Source: Chitinophagales bacterium (GTDB lineage Bacteria > Bacteroidota > Bacteroidia > Chitinophagales > JADJOU01). From it: 64,000 nucleotides of DNA. The DNA lies in contig JAEUUY010000023.1 in NCBI GenBank assembly GCA_016787225.1, positions 19,441 to 83,440 on the forward strand. Reading direction: 5' to 3'. Below the pieces are notes generated by a model. The model saw only the letters and a program-made list of their open reading frames with translations. It was not told the DNA's origin and searched no databases. Both the position numbers and the translations under genes were made by a program. Shown here one piece after another: positions 16,685 through 27,399 of the stretch; position 1 is the first letter of the stretch; each line of letters begins with the position of its first letter.

Positions 16685-17509
16685 TTGAAAGTTTTACTAC
16701 AGTTCTATTTTCAAAAAAAATATTCTTTTCTTAGTAAAAGAATTACTACAACTGTGGCTTACTTTTTTATATTCAGCAATCTTTTCAGCCAAAGTAATAG
16801 GCTGAATACTTCAGGCGAAATAGGATGGTATAATTTGTTTTCTACATTTAAGATTCATAATAAATGGAGTATTCATAGTGAGTACCAGTTTCGAAGGGAT
16901 CATGTTATCACCGATTGGCAGCAAAGTTTATTGCGTATGGGTATCAATTATCATTTGAATTCAAGAGTACTTTTCAGGCTTGGTTATGCATGGATAGAAA
17001 CATTTCCTTACGGAGAGATTCCTATAAATGGCATGGGTAGAGATTTTACTGAGCATCGACTTTTTCAAATGATGCAATTGACCAACAAAGAGGGACCATT
17101 TCAATTATCTCATCGATTCATGCTCGAACAAAGATGGGTAGGACGATATAGCAGCTTAGGTTTTGAACACGAAGATGAGTTTCCCTTAATGCATCGCATG
17201 CGATATATGTTCAGAGCCCAGCTTCCTCTGAAAGGCAAAGAGATGAAAAACAATACACCATATCTCGCAATGTATGATGAGATATTTATTGGATTTGGAG
17301 AAAATGTTAATGCCAATGTTTTCGATCAAAACAGACTGGGTATTTTAGCAGGCTATCAATGGAATGATAAACTGAGATTAGAAGCAGGCTACCTCAATCA
17401 AATTATTCAATTTGGTCGGCAAATCAATAACCAGTCTGTATATCAATACAATCATGGACTGATCGTAAATTTAAACCTTAATTTAGATTTAACTAACGCG
17501 TTTAAATGA
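16685..17509 (+). CDS. DUF2490-type outer-membrane protein (paralog 2)
   Basis: The ORF track starts at an ATG at 16616, inside the LRR gene. A TTG at 16685, just after the LRR stop, is more plausible, but the start is uncertain. Strong similarity to 7115..7864 across the length. Confidence 0.65.
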   Translation: MKVLLQFYFQKKYSFLSKRITTTVAYFFIFSNLFSQSNRLNTSGEIGWYNLFSTFKIHNKWSIHSEYQFRRDHVITDWQQSLLRMGINYHLNSRVLFRLGYAWIETFPYGEIPINGMGRDFTEHRLFQMMQLTNKEGPFQLSHRFMLEQRWVGRYSSLGFEHEDEFPLMHRMRYMFRAQLPLKGKEMKNNTPYLAMYDEIFIGFGENVNANVFDQNRLGILAGYQWNDKLRLEAGYLNQIIQFGRQINNQSVYQYNHGLIVNLNLNLDLTNAFK

Positions 17510-17520
17510 AAAAAAAATTC

Positions 17521-18159
17521 TTACAAATCATCAAACTCATACAATGGATCTAAATGATCCTTGTAGGTCATCGTGCAGATAGGTTTGATTAGCCCATCTT
17601 CAAGGCTATATACCCAGCCATGAATATCTGGGGCTTTTCTTCCCTTCCAAGCCTTTTGAACTATACTTGTCTTGGCTAGATTCATCACTTGCTCTTCGAC
17701 ATTAAGTTCAATTAGCTTATCGAGTCTCTGCTCAGGTTTTGTTTGATAATCGATAGCTTCTCTATGCATTCGATAGACATCTTTTATATTTCGAATCCAC
17801 TTATTAATAAGGTCAAAATTGTGTCTAGACATAGCTGCCTTGACCCCGCCACAGCCATAATGTCCGCATACGATGATGTGCTTTACTTGGAGATGATCTA
17901 CCGCATATTCTAGAACAGATAGCAAATTGAGGTCGGTATGAATAACCATATTGGCTATATTTCTGTGTACAAAGATTTCTCCTGGTTGAGTTCCAGTGAT
18001 TCTATCGGCTGGTACACGACTGTCGCTACAGCCTATCCAAAGAAATTCAGGCTTTTGTACATTTGATAATCTGGAAAAAAACTCTGGGTCTTCCTTGACT
18101 ACAGAGCTAGCCCAGTTGGCATTGTTATCTAAGAGTTTTGAGATGCTATTCTTCTTCAT
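17521..18159 (-). CDS. can: Beta-class carbonic anhydrase (E. coli Can-like)
   Basis: 212 aa, near-collinear with E. coli Can as I recall it: FLWIGCSDSRVPADRITG, FVHRNIANMV, IIVCGHYGCGGV. Confidence 0.95.
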   Translation of the reverse strand: MKKNSISKLLDNNANWASSVVKEDPEFFSRLSNVQKPEFLWIGCSDSRVPADRITGTQPGEIFVHRNIANMVIHTDLNLLSVLEYAVDHLQVKHIIVCGHYGCGGVKAAMSRHNFDLINKWIRNIKDVYRMHREAIDYQTKPEQRLDKLIELNVEEQVMNLAKTSIVQKAWKGRKAPDIHGWVYSLEDGLIKPICTMTYKDHLDPLYEFDDL

Positions 18160-18189
18160 TGTTTATATGGGTTTACTTTTAAATTGATA

Positions 18190-19767
18190 TTATGAAACAT
18201 GATGACTATCTTCCATGTTATAGTCCTCTCTGAAATTAAGTAATTCTACTTGAATGTTTTTGTCTTTAGAACCTATTTTGACGAAATCTTTAATAAGTTC
18301 TATAACATCAAAATCGACATAGACAGTTTCTTTAGCATCGATGGTAACTTTACTATTGATAGGTAAATGAGCGAGGGTTTGTTTAATTGCTGCCTTATTC
18401 AGAAAAGAAACCTCCTGAGCTAGATCGATTCGGATAGTTTCCCCTTCTTTATGCTTTTCACTATTGAAAAAATAGGCTAGTCTCATATTTCCTCTGAGAA
18501 TAAAAAGAATACTGATAGCTAATCCTATTCCTACGCCTTTTAATAAATCTATACCTACTACTCCGATTACGGTTACTATAAATGGTATAAACTGAGACCA
18601 ACCTGCCTGCCACATATGTTTGAATACCTTCGGGCTAGCCAATTTCAATCCTATCATAATCAAAATAGCTGCCAAGCACGCCATTGGGATTTTATTCAAT
18701 AATGAAGGAATTAATAGTGCAGCTATAAGCAAAAATAAACCGTGAATAATAGCCGAAAGTTTGGTTCGAGCTCCGGCATTGATATTGGCGGTTGTGCGCA
18801 CGATAACAGAAGTCATAGGTAAACCACCAAGCAGTCCCGATAAAATATTCCCCATTCCTTGTGCTTTCAATTCTGTATTGGCATTGGAGTAGCGCTTTAG
18901 TGGATCCATTTTATCACCAGCTTCTAGGCATAATAGTGTCTCTATACTCGCCACGGCTGCTATAGTGGCTGCCGTTACCCATACCGCTGGCTGAACAATG
19001 CTAGCAAAATTAGGCAAATGAAATTGAGACATAAACTCTGTCAAAGATGAGGAAATAGGAAGATTGACGAGATGATTTCCATCAAACAAATATGACGATC
19101 CTTGAAGTCTGAAAATTTCATTAATTACAATGCCTACAATAACAACGACCAACGCTCCAGGAATGGCCTTTATTTTTTTGAGCACAGCTATATTTTGAAA
19201 TGCAACTAATATGGCAATAGAAATGACGGTGATAAGAATAATACCTGTATGAGCCATATTAAAGGAGTGAATCAACTCTCCCCAAAAACCTTGATCTGCT
19301 TTGTCCATAATATGATAGGAGAAGAAATCCCCTTCGTGCTCCGTATCATATCCTATAGCATGAGGAAGTTCTTTTTTAATAATGATAATACCGATACCCG
19401 TCAGCATGCCTTCTATGACTCCAGAAGGTATATAATTGGAGAGCATACCCGCCTTGGCATAGCCTAGAATCAACTGAAAACAGCCGGCTAGAATAATGGA
19501 CAAAAGGAAGGCTTCATACCCTAGATTATTTATTGCAGCTAAGACAATGGCTATTAATCCCGCCGCAGGTCCTGAGACACTTACATTCGAATTGCTCAGA
19601 AAACCTACGACGACACCACCAATGACGCCAGTAATAATTCCTGCAAAAGGTGGTGCTCCTGATGCTACGGCTATACCTAAGCAAAGTGGCAATGCTACTA
19701 GGAATACGACTAATCCCGAGAGCGCATCAGTCTTAACTGTTGACTTAAATGATTGAATAGAGTTCAT
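18190..19767 (-). CDS. SulP family inorganic anion transporter with STAS domain (paralog 2)
   Basis: 525 aa. GPAAGLIAIVLAAI, VRTTANINAGARTKLS, and a STAS-like tail. It lies 30 nt upstream of can on the same strand. Confidence 0.9.
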   Translation of the reverse strand: MNSIQSFKSTVKTDALSGLVVFLVALPLCLGIAVASGAPPFAGIITGVIGGVVVGFLSNSNVSVSGPAAGLIAIVLAAINNLGYEAFLLSIILAGCFQLILGYAKAGMLSNYIPSGVIEGMLTGIGIIIIKKELPHAIGYDTEHEGDFFSYHIMDKADQGFWGELIHSFNMAHTGIILITVISIAILVAFQNIAVLKKIKAIPGALVVVIVGIVINEIFRLQGSSYLFDGNHLVNLPISSSLTEFMSQFHLPNFASIVQPAVWVTAATIAAVASIETLLCLEAGDKMDPLKRYSNANTELKAQGMGNILSGLLGGLPMTSVIVRTTANINAGARTKLSAIIHGLFLLIAALLIPSLLNKIPMACLAAILIMIGLKLASPKVFKHMWQAGWSQFIPFIVTVIGVVGIDLLKGVGIGLAISILFILRGNMRLAYFFNSEKHKEGETIRIDLAQEVSFLNKAAIKQTLAHLPINSKVTIDAKETVYVDFDVIELIKDFVKIGSKDKNIQVELLNFREDYNMEDSHHVS

Positions 19768-19880
19768 TGAAATTTTTGAATCTTAATTTTTAAAGTGACT
19801 AACTACAGTAAAGCGAAGTTGATTTATCAATCACTTGTTTCCGCTAGAAAAGATGTTTTAAGTAACATCAAACCTTCAAT

Positions 19881-20195
19881 CTAAGATTCTGGTGGTGGAC
19901 TGAATGCAAGTAAATACGGGGGTGGAAATAATCTAGTGTCGCATCGGAGTATATCATTTCGATAAATACGAGATAGAGTAATATGCGAATAATTTATTAC
20001 CCGAGAAATTTTATATTCATTTTCTTCTGAAAGTTCCTTCGTTTTTTCAGATTCTTCTGCATCCGTTTCTTCAGCTATATCTATACAATACCCTGACTTA
20101 GTCTCATCCACAAATACATTTAAATTCATATTGACCATATAAAAAGCCAAATAAACCAAAATGATTCGAGTATAAAACAAGTTTATGTTTAACAT
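19881..20195 (-). CDS. Small hydrophobic-N-terminus acidic protein (paralog of 10247..10570)
   Basis: 104 aa. It shares the acidic KTK block and the position upstream of sulP with the other copy. Confidence 0.4.
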   Translation of the reverse strand: MLNINLFYTRIILVYLAFYMVNMNLNVFVDETKSGYCIDIAEETDAEESEKTKELSEENEYKISRVINYSHITLSRIYRNDILRCDTRLFPPPYLLAFSPPPES

Positions 20196-20701
20196 AAGAC
20201 AAATTTATAATATTTCCCTTATAGTGTTTAGTTTAAAATTTACTTTAATAGATTTGAGCATATCATATAATAAATTTATGCCCTCTAGCAAACCGTTAAG
20301 CTATAGAAGTATATATTTGCTGCAATGTATATATCCTATTTTTACTAATGTGTCATAAAAACCACAGCGCTGCTTTCTGCACTAGAAGGGGAAATGGGAG
20401 AAATTCAATCCAATATAGGAATTGGGAAGAAGCTACCACAAGTCGAGTTAAATAAAATAGAATAAAAAACTAAACAATGGAAGCCGAACACTAAAATATT
20501 TAAAATAAAAAGTTAAAGCTACAATTATTGGATTATTTTCAATCTTAAACAATCGCCACAAAACTAAACCTGGAGAGATCATCAATCCAGTAACAAGGGT
20601 CTATGCCATGAGCTAATTAAACCCCTCTAGTCATCAATAAGATAATTCCAGTTATAGTATTAAATGCACCTAGCGCTTTGTAACCAAAATAAGGAAAACT
20701 C

Positions 20702-22000
<1,299 letters not shown>

Positions 22001-22020
22001 TTATAAATTAAAAATTATAA

Positions 22021-22521
22021 TTACAATGACATATCCTCTTCGTCATCGCTATATTCTTTCACATCGTCATTGGAGAAATTGAGTTTATTCTCTGACATGG
22101 TCTTAATATTGTCTGTACGAAAATCGTAGTCTTTGTTGGGTCTAGAACCATTGGCTGGTTTACTTTCATTGATAGAAAACATCACACCTTCATCCTGAAA
22201 ATCAGCTCTGTTATATCCTTCACGTTTGGTAAATTTCTCACCTAAATGAATTTTAATGAAATTGATTCTATCGAGACGAAATGTGCGCCAATCTTCACGC
22301 AACTTACACCACCCAGCAAGGTTCTTTTTCCCATTGCGAATTACAATATCCATAGGCTCTATATCGCGCTCTGTGATACCTTTTTCATTGGAATAGTAAT
22401 GTATAGTTATTAAATTTCTACTTCTAGCAGCATTGATAATAGTGCTAACAAGATTTTGTGAATAACTCTCCTTTACTATAACGTATTTTGACTGTGAATC
22501 GTTTTTTCTGTTATTACTCAT
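22021..22521 (-). CDS. WYL-domain-only protein with acidic C-terminal tail
   Basis: 166 aa. WYL-like core (ITIHYYSNEKGITERDIEPMDIVIRNGKKNLAGWCKLREDWRTFRLDRI). No recognisable N-terminal HTH. The C-terminus is DDVKEYSDDEEDMSL. Confidence 0.55.
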   Translation of the reverse strand: MSNNRKNDSQSKYVIVKESYSQNLVSTIINAARSRNLITIHYYSNEKGITERDIEPMDIVIRNGKKNLAGWCKLREDWRTFRLDRINFIKIHLGEKFTKREGYNRADFQDEGVMFSINESKPANGSRPNKDYDFRTDNIKTMSENKLNFSNDDVKEYSDDEEDMSL

Positions 22522-22556
22522 ATTGTTCGTTGTTTTAATTGTTTTTTTCGCTGTAA

Positions 22557-22619
22557 AGACAAGGCAGGCCTTGTCTCAAATTGTGCGCCGTCGCACAATA
22601 GACAACGCATGCGTTGTCT
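22557..22619 (-). promoter_or_regulatory. Three consecutive GC-rich stem-loops between the valS stop and the WYL gene start
   Basis: AGACAAGG-cagg-CCTTGTCT (22557-22576). TTGTGCG-ccgt-CGCACAA (22581-22598). A 20-nt perfect palindrome AGACAACGCATGCGTTGTCT (22600-22619) abuts the valS stop codon. No adjacent U-run on the transcribed strand. Confidence 0.5.
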
Positions 22620-25262
22620 CTACTGCATCATTTGTTCTAATTGTTTTAATTTTTCTTGTCCATCTGCTAATTTTTTTCTCTCCATTTCCAAAACCTTTTC
22701 AGGCGCCTTGGCTACAAATCCTTGATTGCTCAATTTTGCTTCAATAGATTTAATAAATCCTTTTGTATATTCAATATCCTCCTTTACTTTTTGTAATGCA
22801 TCCGCATTATCTATTTTTTTATCTGAAACTACGACTAGTTTTTTACCTCCTACGATAGCTGTATTTGTCGATTGTATATCTGTATTGGTATCAATCTGCT
22901 CGGCCCAAACTAGTTTTTTAATCTTTGGGATAAACACTTCTACTTGCTGTAACAATTCACTAGTTATACCTAGACCAATAGTTTCTCTATTTTTCAGTTT
23001 TAAATTCGCTCTGATTTCTCTTGTCTTGACAATGAGCTCCGCAAACAGCTTTTGTTTATTGATTATTTGCTCATCGAAACTAGACTTGGCTGGTAGTTGA
23101 TGTTCAGAACATAAATCTCCCGATTTTCGTTCTCTAATATATCCCCACATTTCTTCTGTAATAAAGGGCATTATTGGGTTTAAGAGTGAAACCACTGTTT
23201 CAAAATACCCAATTGTTTTCTCGTATGTATAGACATCAATAGGCTTCTCAAAATCGGGTTTAATCATTTCGAGATACCAAGAACACATATCATCCCAGAC
23301 AAAAGAATAAAGTTCTTTTAGCGCTTCAGATATACGAAGATTGTCCACATTGTCAAGAAAACTATTGATATTCTTTTGAAGTAATGCATCAAACCATTCT
23401 ATTACAGCACTATTATCTTCATTTTTTCCTTCAGCAATGTCCCAGCTTTTAATGAGTCGGAATGCATTCCAAATTTTATTTGTGAAATTTCTACCTATTT
23501 CAAGTGATTTTTCATCAAACAAGATATCATTTCCTGCAGGGCTGATACTCATCATGCCATAGCGTATGCCATCCATTCCATATTTATCAATAAGTTCATA
23601 AACATCGGGAGAATTTCCCAATGATTTTGACATTTTACGTCCTAACTTATCCCTAACTATACCAGTATAAAAGACTTTTTCAAATGGCTTTCTATCTGTA
23701 TATTCATAATTAGCAATAATCATACGCGTGACCCAGAGAAACATTATTTCTGGCGCCGTCACTAGTATTTGAGAAGGAACATAATAGTCTAACTCCTCTG
23801 ATTTATTAAGCTCTATTTTACCTGTCTCTTTATTATAATTTTCAAAACCATGAAAAACCTCCAAGGGCCATAACCATGAGGATGCCCAGGTATCGAGAAC
23901 ATCTTCATCTTGTTTTAAATCTTCCATTTTAAGGGAAGGATTTTTCTTTAAAGCTTCTTGATACGCTTCCTCAATGGTTTCACCTACATAGAAATTACCT
24001 TCTACATCATACCATGCAGGTATTCTATGCCCCCACCATAGCTGACGTGATATACACCAGTCACGTATATTCGTCATCCAATGATGAAAGGTATTTTTGT
24101 GATAAGCAGGGAAAAATTGAACTTCGTCGTTCATAACCACTTCGTAGGCTTTTTTCGATATATTTTTCATATCGACATACCATTGCATGGAGAGCTTTGG
24201 CTCGACAACGGAATTCGTTCGCTCGCTTCTTCCTACTTTATTGACAATGTCTTCCACTTTTTCGAGACAGCCTTCTTCTTCTAATTTTGATTTAATAGCC
24301 TTGCGAACTACAAATCGATCCTTACCGATAAACTCAGGATAGCCACAGAGTTCATTGAGCGTACCATCATCGTTGAGAATATCGATGACCTCTAAATTAT
24401 GTCTCAATCCTATCTCATAGTCATTAATATCGTGTGCAGGAGTCACTTTAAGGCATCCTGTACCAAACTCTTTATCGACATAGCTATCTGCGATGATTTT
24501 TATTGGTTTATTGATAAGTGGAATTGAGACCTCCTTACCCAGCAAAGATTTATAACGTTCGTCATCTGGGTTTACGGCCACCGCCATATCGGCAAATATA
24601 GTCTCAGGTCTAGTGGTAGCAACTGTCAAGTGACCACTATCATCGACATATTTATATTTTAGATGAAATAAATGACCTTTCTCACCTTCGTCTTTATATA
24701 AAACTTCTTCATTAGACAAAGCTGTTTTAGCTTCACAATCCCAGTTGATGATGCGCTTGCCTTTATAGATATATCCTTTCTTATATAAATCTACAAATAC
24801 TCGAATAACTGCCTTGTAATAATGGTCATCTAAAGTAAAGGTGACTCTATCCCAGTCACAACCTGCACCGATTGTTTTGAGTTGGTCAATAATGATACCG
24901 CCATATTTCTCTTTCCATTCCCAGCAATACTCCAGAAATTGCTCACGAGTTAAGTCGCTTTTCTTGATACCTTTTTCACGCAAATAACCTACGACCTTTG
25001 CTTCTGTAGCAATAGCGGCATGGTCTATACCTGGCACCCAGTTGACATTATAGCCTTGTTTGCGAGCTTTGCGAATAAAAAAATCCTGTAATGAATTGTT
25101 CAATACATGACCGAAATGTAAGACTCCAGTTACATTGGGCGGTGGTATTAAAACGGTATAAGAAGGTCGGGTTTTGTCTATTTCCGACTTGAATGTTTTA
25201 TGGTCTAACCAATATTGACTCCACTTTTTCTCTACCTCTTTTGCATTAAAATTCTTTTCCAT
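22620..25262 (-). CDS. valS: Valine--tRNA ligase
   Basis: 880 aa. Class I HIGH (PPNVTGVLHFGHV) and KMSKS (GRKMSKSLGN) motifs, with a C-terminal coiled coil. Confidence 0.97.
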   Translation of the reverse strand: MEKNFNAKEVEKKWSQYWLDHKTFKSEIDKTRPSYTVLIPPPNVTGVLHFGHVLNNSLQDFFIRKARKQGYNVNWVPGIDHAAIATEAKVVGYLREKGIKKSDLTREQFLEYCWEWKEKYGGIIIDQLKTIGAGCDWDRVTFTLDDHYYKAVIRVFVDLYKKGYIYKGKRIINWDCEAKTALSNEEVLYKDEGEKGHLFHLKYKYVDDSGHLTVATTRPETIFADMAVAVNPDDERYKSLLGKEVSIPLINKPIKIIADSYVDKEFGTGCLKVTPAHDINDYEIGLRHNLEVIDILNDDGTLNELCGYPEFIGKDRFVVRKAIKSKLEEEGCLEKVEDIVNKVGRSERTNSVVEPKLSMQWYVDMKNISKKAYEVVMNDEVQFFPAYHKNTFHHWMTNIRDWCISRQLWWGHRIPAWYDVEGNFYVGETIEEAYQEALKKNPSLKMEDLKQDEDVLDTWASSWLWPLEVFHGFENYNKETGKIELNKSEELDYYVPSQILVTAPEIMFLWVTRMIIANYEYTDRKPFEKVFYTGIVRDKLGRKMSKSLGNSPDVYELIDKYGMDGIRYGMMSISPAGNDILFDEKSLEIGRNFTNKIWNAFRLIKSWDIAEGKNEDNSAVIEWFDALLQKNINSFLDNVDNLRISEALKELYSFVWDDMCSWYLEMIKPDFEKPIDVYTYEKTIGYFETVVSLLNPIMPFITEEMWGYIRERKSGDLCSEHQLPAKSSFDEQIINKQKLFAELIVKTREIRANLKLKNRETIGLGITSELLQQVEVFIPKIKKLVWAEQIDTNTDIQSTNTAIVGGKKLVVVSDKKIDNADALQKVKEDIEYTKGFIKSIEAKLSNQGFVAKAPEKVLEMERKKLADGQEKLKQLEQMMQ

Positions 25263-25357
25263 TTCTAGTTCTTATCTCCTCATTGGATAGCACAAATATA
25301 TAAAAACTTTACATTTACTTAATGATAGATTGAAAATTTTAGCATTTTTAGAGAGTT

Positions 25358-26281
25358 TTGCGATTTAGGTTGATTTCTTCGCTAATTAGAAACAAACCTA
25401 ATATTTTTGTTCGTGTAATAAGCGTTTTGAAGAAAATAATTCATTCTTTTATCAATTTATATCCTGAAGAGACTGAACAAGAAACCTACGAGGAAATTGT
25501 AGAGGGGGTTAGGCTCAGAGGCTATAATTTCTGGATTCTAGGTTTTGCTATGATAATAGCCTGCATAGGACTCAATACCGATAGCGTGAGTGCTGTAATC
25601 GGTGCTATGCTCATATCGCCTCTTATGGGGCCTATTTTAGGTTTTGCCTTTGGACTAGCAATACAAGATCATCGCATTAAGCGAATAGCAATATTGAACT
25701 GGTTATATATGACCATAATATGTCTTGCTGCAAGTACTTGCTTTTTCATAGTTACACCCTTTGATTTCAATACCTTACAATTAAGTGCTTTCAAACAAGC
25801 TACAATATTTGATATTTTGCTCGCATTTTTCGGTGGCTTGGCAGGATTTATAGGAGTAGTCAAGCGCGATGGAACAAAGGTCATATCTGGAGTAGCCGTA
25901 GCCACAGCATGCATGCCTCCATTATGCACTGCTGGGTATGGCATAGCACATTTAGACTGGGCTTGGTTTCTAGGAGGGCTTTATTTTTACCTTATCAATT
26001 GCCTCTTTATTGGTTGGGCTACATTTTTACTAGCACGATTTACACGTTTACATCTTCGTATGAATCGTTTGAATTCTGAGCTTAGCCATGGTCAAAATAG
26101 GATTTGGATAATTTTGATAGTTTTAATGACTATACCAGGCATATATCTTGGATACAAAAAATGGCAAGACGAATCTCAAAAAGTAAAATTCAAAAGTGAT
26201 AAGGAGCGAATAATGGAATTGGAAGCGAAAGTGGCTCGATTAGATTCAGTTGTTTACTCTAGACCTAATCAAAAACCCTAA
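25358..26281 (+). CDS. DUF389 domain membrane protein
   Basis: 307 aa as tracked (TTG start). A TTG at 25427 (LKKIIHSF...) is an alternative start. DUF389-type motif GAMLISPLMGPILG. Confidence 0.7.
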   Translation: MRFRLISSLIRNKPNIFVRVISVLKKIIHSFINLYPEETEQETYEEIVEGVRLRGYNFWILGFAMIIACIGLNTDSVSAVIGAMLISPLMGPILGFAFGLAIQDHRIKRIAILNWLYMTIICLAASTCFFIVTPFDFNTLQLSAFKQATIFDILLAFFGGLAGFIGVVKRDGTKVISGVAVATACMPPLCTAGYGIAHLDWAWFLGGLYFYLINCLFIGWATFLLARFTRLHLRMNRLNSELSHGQNRIWIILIVLMTIPGIYLGYKKWQDESQKVKFKSDKERIMELEAKVARLDSVVYSRPNQKP

Positions 26282-26294
26282 ACTTCTATTAACT

Positions 26295-26831
26295 TTAGAA
26301 ATGTACTCTATATCCAGCATTGGTTATAAAACCATTTGAATAGATATTCGAATTTGGAAGCTTATCTGCTTTGGCACCCGTTCCGCCACCACCAATTTCT
26401 ATGAAATAAGATGATTTTGAATTTTTCATAAGGAATTCAAAACCAAATAGACCATAACCTCCAAAATGAATAGTTTGAGTTGAAAATTTTTCAGATGGAG
26501 CTACCATAAGCAATCCGCCTTCGCCATATAATCTGATTCTATCATCTATTAGCATTTGAGAGCCTATTATACCAAAATTATAACTCATATATGGATTCCA
26601 AGTGCTACTTCCATTTTCAATATGATCTAACCAGTAAACATTGGCTCTCGCTCTAAATGCAATGGATTCATTGGCAAAGTATGGAGTAGCAGCTTGAATG
26701 CCAATTCCAAAATCATTTTGTAAACGACTTACTTGCATTCCTATTTCTATAGACTTAGTTTTTTTAGGTGCTGACTGAGAGAATACAAGATTCGAAAGTG
26801 CAATACTTGTAATTATTAAGATATTTTTCAT
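26295..26831 (-). CDS. Small outer-membrane beta-barrel protein
   Basis: 178 aa. Signal peptide, alternating Gly/aromatic strands, and a terminal ...GYRVHF. Confidence 0.5.
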   Translation of the reverse strand: MKNILIITSIALSNLVFSQSAPKKTKSIEIGMQVSRLQNDFGIGIQAATPYFANESIAFRARANVYWLDHIENGSSTWNPYMSYNFGIIGSQMLIDDRIRLYGEGGLLMVAPSEKFSTQTIHFGGYGLFGFEFLMKNSKSSYFIEIGGGGTGAKADKLPNSNIYSNGFITNAGYRVHF

Positions 26832-26953
26832 GTGTTTATTGTTTAATGGGTAAATGCCTTTCTAGACAAGGCGGTCAATTCGCATAGAAAATAATATTCA
26901 AGAATTTTGTGCATTCAATGAATGTCATTTTTAAATATCAGTTTTTTTTAGAA

Positions 26954-27322
26954 TTAAGACATAGAATGCAAGCCAATTTTATTTCCTTCAGAATCCATAA
27001 ATAAGGCTATAAATCCAAACTGACCAATGGAAGTTTTTGGCAGAACAACCATCCCTCCAGCTAGAGAAACTCTATCAGTTTCTATTTCGACATTTTCTGA
27101 ATGGAAGTAAATATAAACCCCTTCCTTAGAGGGAACATTATCAGGGGATAGCACCAAAGAACCACTGCAACCATAAGATTCATAGTCCGTTTTAAACATG
27201 TACATTTTAGCGTCGGGCATTTCAACAAACTCAAATTCAGCATTAAAAACTTTTGAGTAAAAGGTTTTGGCTCTTTCTAAATCATTACAAGCGATTTCGA
27301 ACCAAGAGATTGGATTTGACAT
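26954..27322 (-). CDS. VOC (glyoxalase/bleomycin-resistance fold) family protein
   Basis: 122 aa. N-terminal ISWFEIACNDLERAKTFY is typical of single-domain VOC proteins. Confidence 0.75.
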   Translation of the reverse strand: MSNPISWFEIACNDLERAKTFYSKVFNAEFEFVEMPDAKMYMFKTDYESYGCSGSLVLSPDNVPSKEGVYIYFHSENVEIETDRVSLAGGMVVLPKTSIGQFGFIALFMDSEGNKIGLHSMS

Positions 27323-27399
27323 AAATATTAGATTTTAAATGAAATGCAAATTTAGCTTATTCATTTAATCTAAAAATTGATCTAGGGCAAAAAAATAAA

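Noticed and set aside
2312-20195. Interpretation of the Ci island as a carboxysome-type or autotrophic CO2-concentrating mechanism, or as a horizontally acquired genomic island
   Set aside because: No RuBisCO, PRK or carboxysome shell genes are in the window. There is no integrase, transposase, flanking tRNA or direct repeat, and base composition looks the same as the flanking housekeeping DNA. It is treated as a native Ci-uptake locus of a probable heterotroph.
20590-20640. Apparent shared motif between two long intergenic regions: TATGCCATGAGCTAA (about 20601-20615) versus TATGCCATTAGCTTAA (about 31058-31073), with loosely similar flanks
   Set aside because: The match is about 14 identical bases of 15 with one gap, and the similarity decays quickly outside it. 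In AT-rich DNA I cannot distinguish this from chance without a proper alignment, so it is not called as a repeat family.
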